A program made the translations under genes and the position numbers. A model generated the notes under the pieces. That model did no database searches, was not told the origin of the DNA, and saw nothing but the letters and a program-made list of their open reading frames with translations. This document shows, one piece after another, positions 61,919-64,000 of a DNA stretch of 64,000 bases (its first letter is position 1; each line of letters opens with the position of its first letter). Source of the DNA: Macrostomum lignano (taxonomy: Eukaryota); NCBI GenBank assembly GCA_002269645.1, contig NIVC01000862.1, forward strand, positions 124,001 through 188,000, given 5' to 3'.

Positions 61919-64000
61919 TGCAGAGGATTAATATTAGAAATAGAGCGACATTCAGTGAAGAACTCAATGCTGCTGAAATTCCAGTGTAAAAGTGTTGTTT
62001 GATAAATTTAACCCAAGAGCAATTCTGTCAGAGATGTAGTGGAGTGATAAATTTCCAGCATTCAGAGCTCTATGGAGCAGAAATTGAATCTAACCAAAGT
62101 CATGCTTGACTAACCAAATTCATGTCATTCTAAACATTGGGTATCATAGATAATCAATCCCATATTATACTCATAGAGTTGAGTAGATGCTGTGAACCTA
62201 ACGGTAATTCTATAAGCCAGTGAACTTATAACTTCTTCGAAGATATTCATGTTTGAAAAAAAACAAGTAATGAATTCAACAAAGTCCAAGAAAGTGCAAA
62301 AGCTTTCATTAAAAGCAACCATCAATCCATTATATTTCTGGTAAAGCATTTCCCAATGCAAAAAATCATGCTCGTTAGTCACCCTACTAATTAAAGCTGC
62401 TTATTAAAGCTTTATTATAAGAATAAGTTTGAATAGTAAGCCTAAATGATTTTCTTTTTCACTTTGCTTAGGATATTAATGAGAAACCTGTATGAGCACG
62501 ATGAGGTGCAACGTAATTACGCTCGTAGTTAATATTTATGCAGGGTAGAATGCATTGGTTTTCGGCTAAAAATATACAAATCTCGTTTCCCCTACTTTTA
62601 AATACTTTGAACTGGGACACTTTAAGAGCTACTTAAGCGAATGCGAGTTCCTCCCCCAAGGTCAATAAAATACTCGCCCTCGACTCTGCTCGGTAGTACC
62701 AGCTGAATGCAGAGTGACGGTGGCATCGGTGGCATGGCTGCTACGACTGGGATGTCACCGGTTTGGATTTCTGGTGCAGCCGGTGGAGTAGGAGGTTCGA
62801 ATTCTCGCAGGAGATCGGTTAGGCTTGCTTCTGCCATCATTCTGGCTTGCTCCATTTTTTTTCCTGCGACTGGAACAGGCCTGTAGGGTGGCATCTGTTG
62901 CTGCTCAGCTTCTTCATTTGCCATCTCAACAGGCTCCAACTCGATATCCTGGAAGAAGGCAGTATCCAACTCCGAAGGAGCTGCAAAACCAGTGGAATCG
63001 TCAGCCGGGTGGCCGGCATCAGCAGTTGGAAGCCCGGCACCGTCAGCGGGGAGGCCGGCATCAGCAGTTGGAAGGCCGGCACCGTCAGCGGGGAGGCCGG
63101 CATCAGTAGTTGGAAGGCCGGCACCGTCAGCTGGGAGGCCGGCATCAGTAGTTGGAAGGCCGGCACCGGTTGAACCAAAAAAATCTGATTGCTGCTCCAC
63201 AGCGGCAAGTGCAGCAGCAAGCAGATCAAAGTTTGCGTCGGTAGCGTGCTGAAAATCTTCATCAGGCTGCTGAAAGACGCCCTGAATTGTCTGGCTGAGT
63301 GCGCTGACCGGTGCTCGACTGCGCTCGATAATGTTGAGCTGCTCTTGACGCTGGGCAGCCTCCAAGGCAGCAAAGCGGGCTCGTTTTAAATCTCCAGGTG
63401 AGCTCCAGTTAATAATAATGTGGTTTTTGTGAGCTCGAACTTGCTGGCGCACATTAAAGAGCTCACGCGTCTGGCACTCGTGGCAAAGCAGCCAGCGACT
63501 GACATTGCAGCTGCTTTTCATTTTGTGACGTTTTAAGCCACCGAGCTCACATGAGTTGCAGGAAATGCATACCTCGTACACATATGAAGGGCAGCGCGAT
63601 TTATTCATTCCAAATTTTTAAATGTTTGAATAGAAAAATCAAATTGAAGTTAAATTCAAATTAGAAGTAGAAACTTATGTCCCGTATTCAAGTATACGGT
63701 GTCTTATATACCTCGCTTATTCGAATCTGCGTTAATAAAAACATAGCCGCTATGTTTACAGCTTAGCTATGTTTACAGCTTAGCTATGTTTACAGTCAGT
63801 AACCCAGCCGTCTCAGAAACCGGGTTTTTTAAAATAATTTTATTAGAAAACCCAGGTACAGAGCCTCTATTGAAAGCATACATGTACAAAAGTTCCTTTG
63901 CACTTGCCGCCAACTGGAACTCCCGACCAGACTGGGGAGCAATAAAACTGATAACTATTGAGCGTCCAATTCCATTTAGCAACACACCCACCACCCCAAG
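59603..64000. mobile_element. Partial second Polinton copy (right arm), duplicating 54452-~58845; continues past window end
   Basis: Offset 5151-5155 bp. Identical ORFs (85 aa, 328 aa) and only a handful of substitutions seen by eye. Confidence 0.93.
62622..63608 (-). CDS. Second copy of the 328-aa Cys/His-rich repeat protein
   Basis: Translation identical to 57467-58453. Confidence 0.65.
   Translation of the reverse strand: MNKSRCPSYVYEVCISCNSCELGGLKRHKMKSSCNVSRWLLCHECQTRELFNVRQQVRAHKNHIIINWSSPGDLKRARFAALEAAQRQEQLNIIERSRAPVSALSQTIQGVFQQPDEDFQHATDANFDLLAAALAAVEQQSDFFGSTGAGLPTTDAGLPADGAGLPTTDAGLPADGAGLPTADAGLPADGAGLPTADAGHPADDSTGFAAPSELDTAFFQDIELEPVEMANEEAEQQQMPPYRPVPVAGKKMEQARMMAEASLTDLLREFEPPTPPAAPEIQTGDIPVVAAMPPMPPSLCIQLVLPSRVEGEYFIDLGGGTRIRLSSS

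Overview
Metazoan (invertebrate) nuclear DNA. The GC-rich exons and satellite-filled introns resemble a flatworm such as Macrostomum, but the host is an unverified inference. The first 42 kb is host genome with three intron-containing genes. (1) A + strand MUC4/SUSD2/Mesh-like surface protein (EGF-NIDO-AMOP-VWD, <=5937-19512) with a tandemly duplicated, phase-symmetric EGF-EGF-NIDO-AMOP exon block and a degenerate RTE-type LINE in one intron. (2) A divergent multipass, 7TM-like gene on the - strand (~20.8-26.3 kb) with a tRNA-derived SINE in an intron. (3) A complete 7-exon centrobin-like gene on the - strand (27401-40142) with a repeat-expanded C-terminus. About a dozen unrelated mini/microsatellites fill the introns. 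From 43626 to 59392 lies a near-complete 15.8-kb Polinton/Maverick (adintovirus-like endogenous virus) with 112-bp AGTAGT-terminated TIRs. It encodes integrase, minor and major capsid proteins, protease, packaging ATPase and protein-primed PolB. It also carries a tandem-PC4 protein, a frameshifted TATA-binding-protein (TBP)-like gene, a DnaQ-like ORF and a Cys/His-rich repeat protein. Its polB appears to be spliced (444-bp GT-AG intron) and ends in a polyQ tail. The right TIR is locally duplicated and followed by a near-identical partial second copy (59603 to window end). The best candidate for an undescribed system is the viral TBP + PC4 + TATA-box transcription module. All family assignments are motif recognition by eye; no searches were run.
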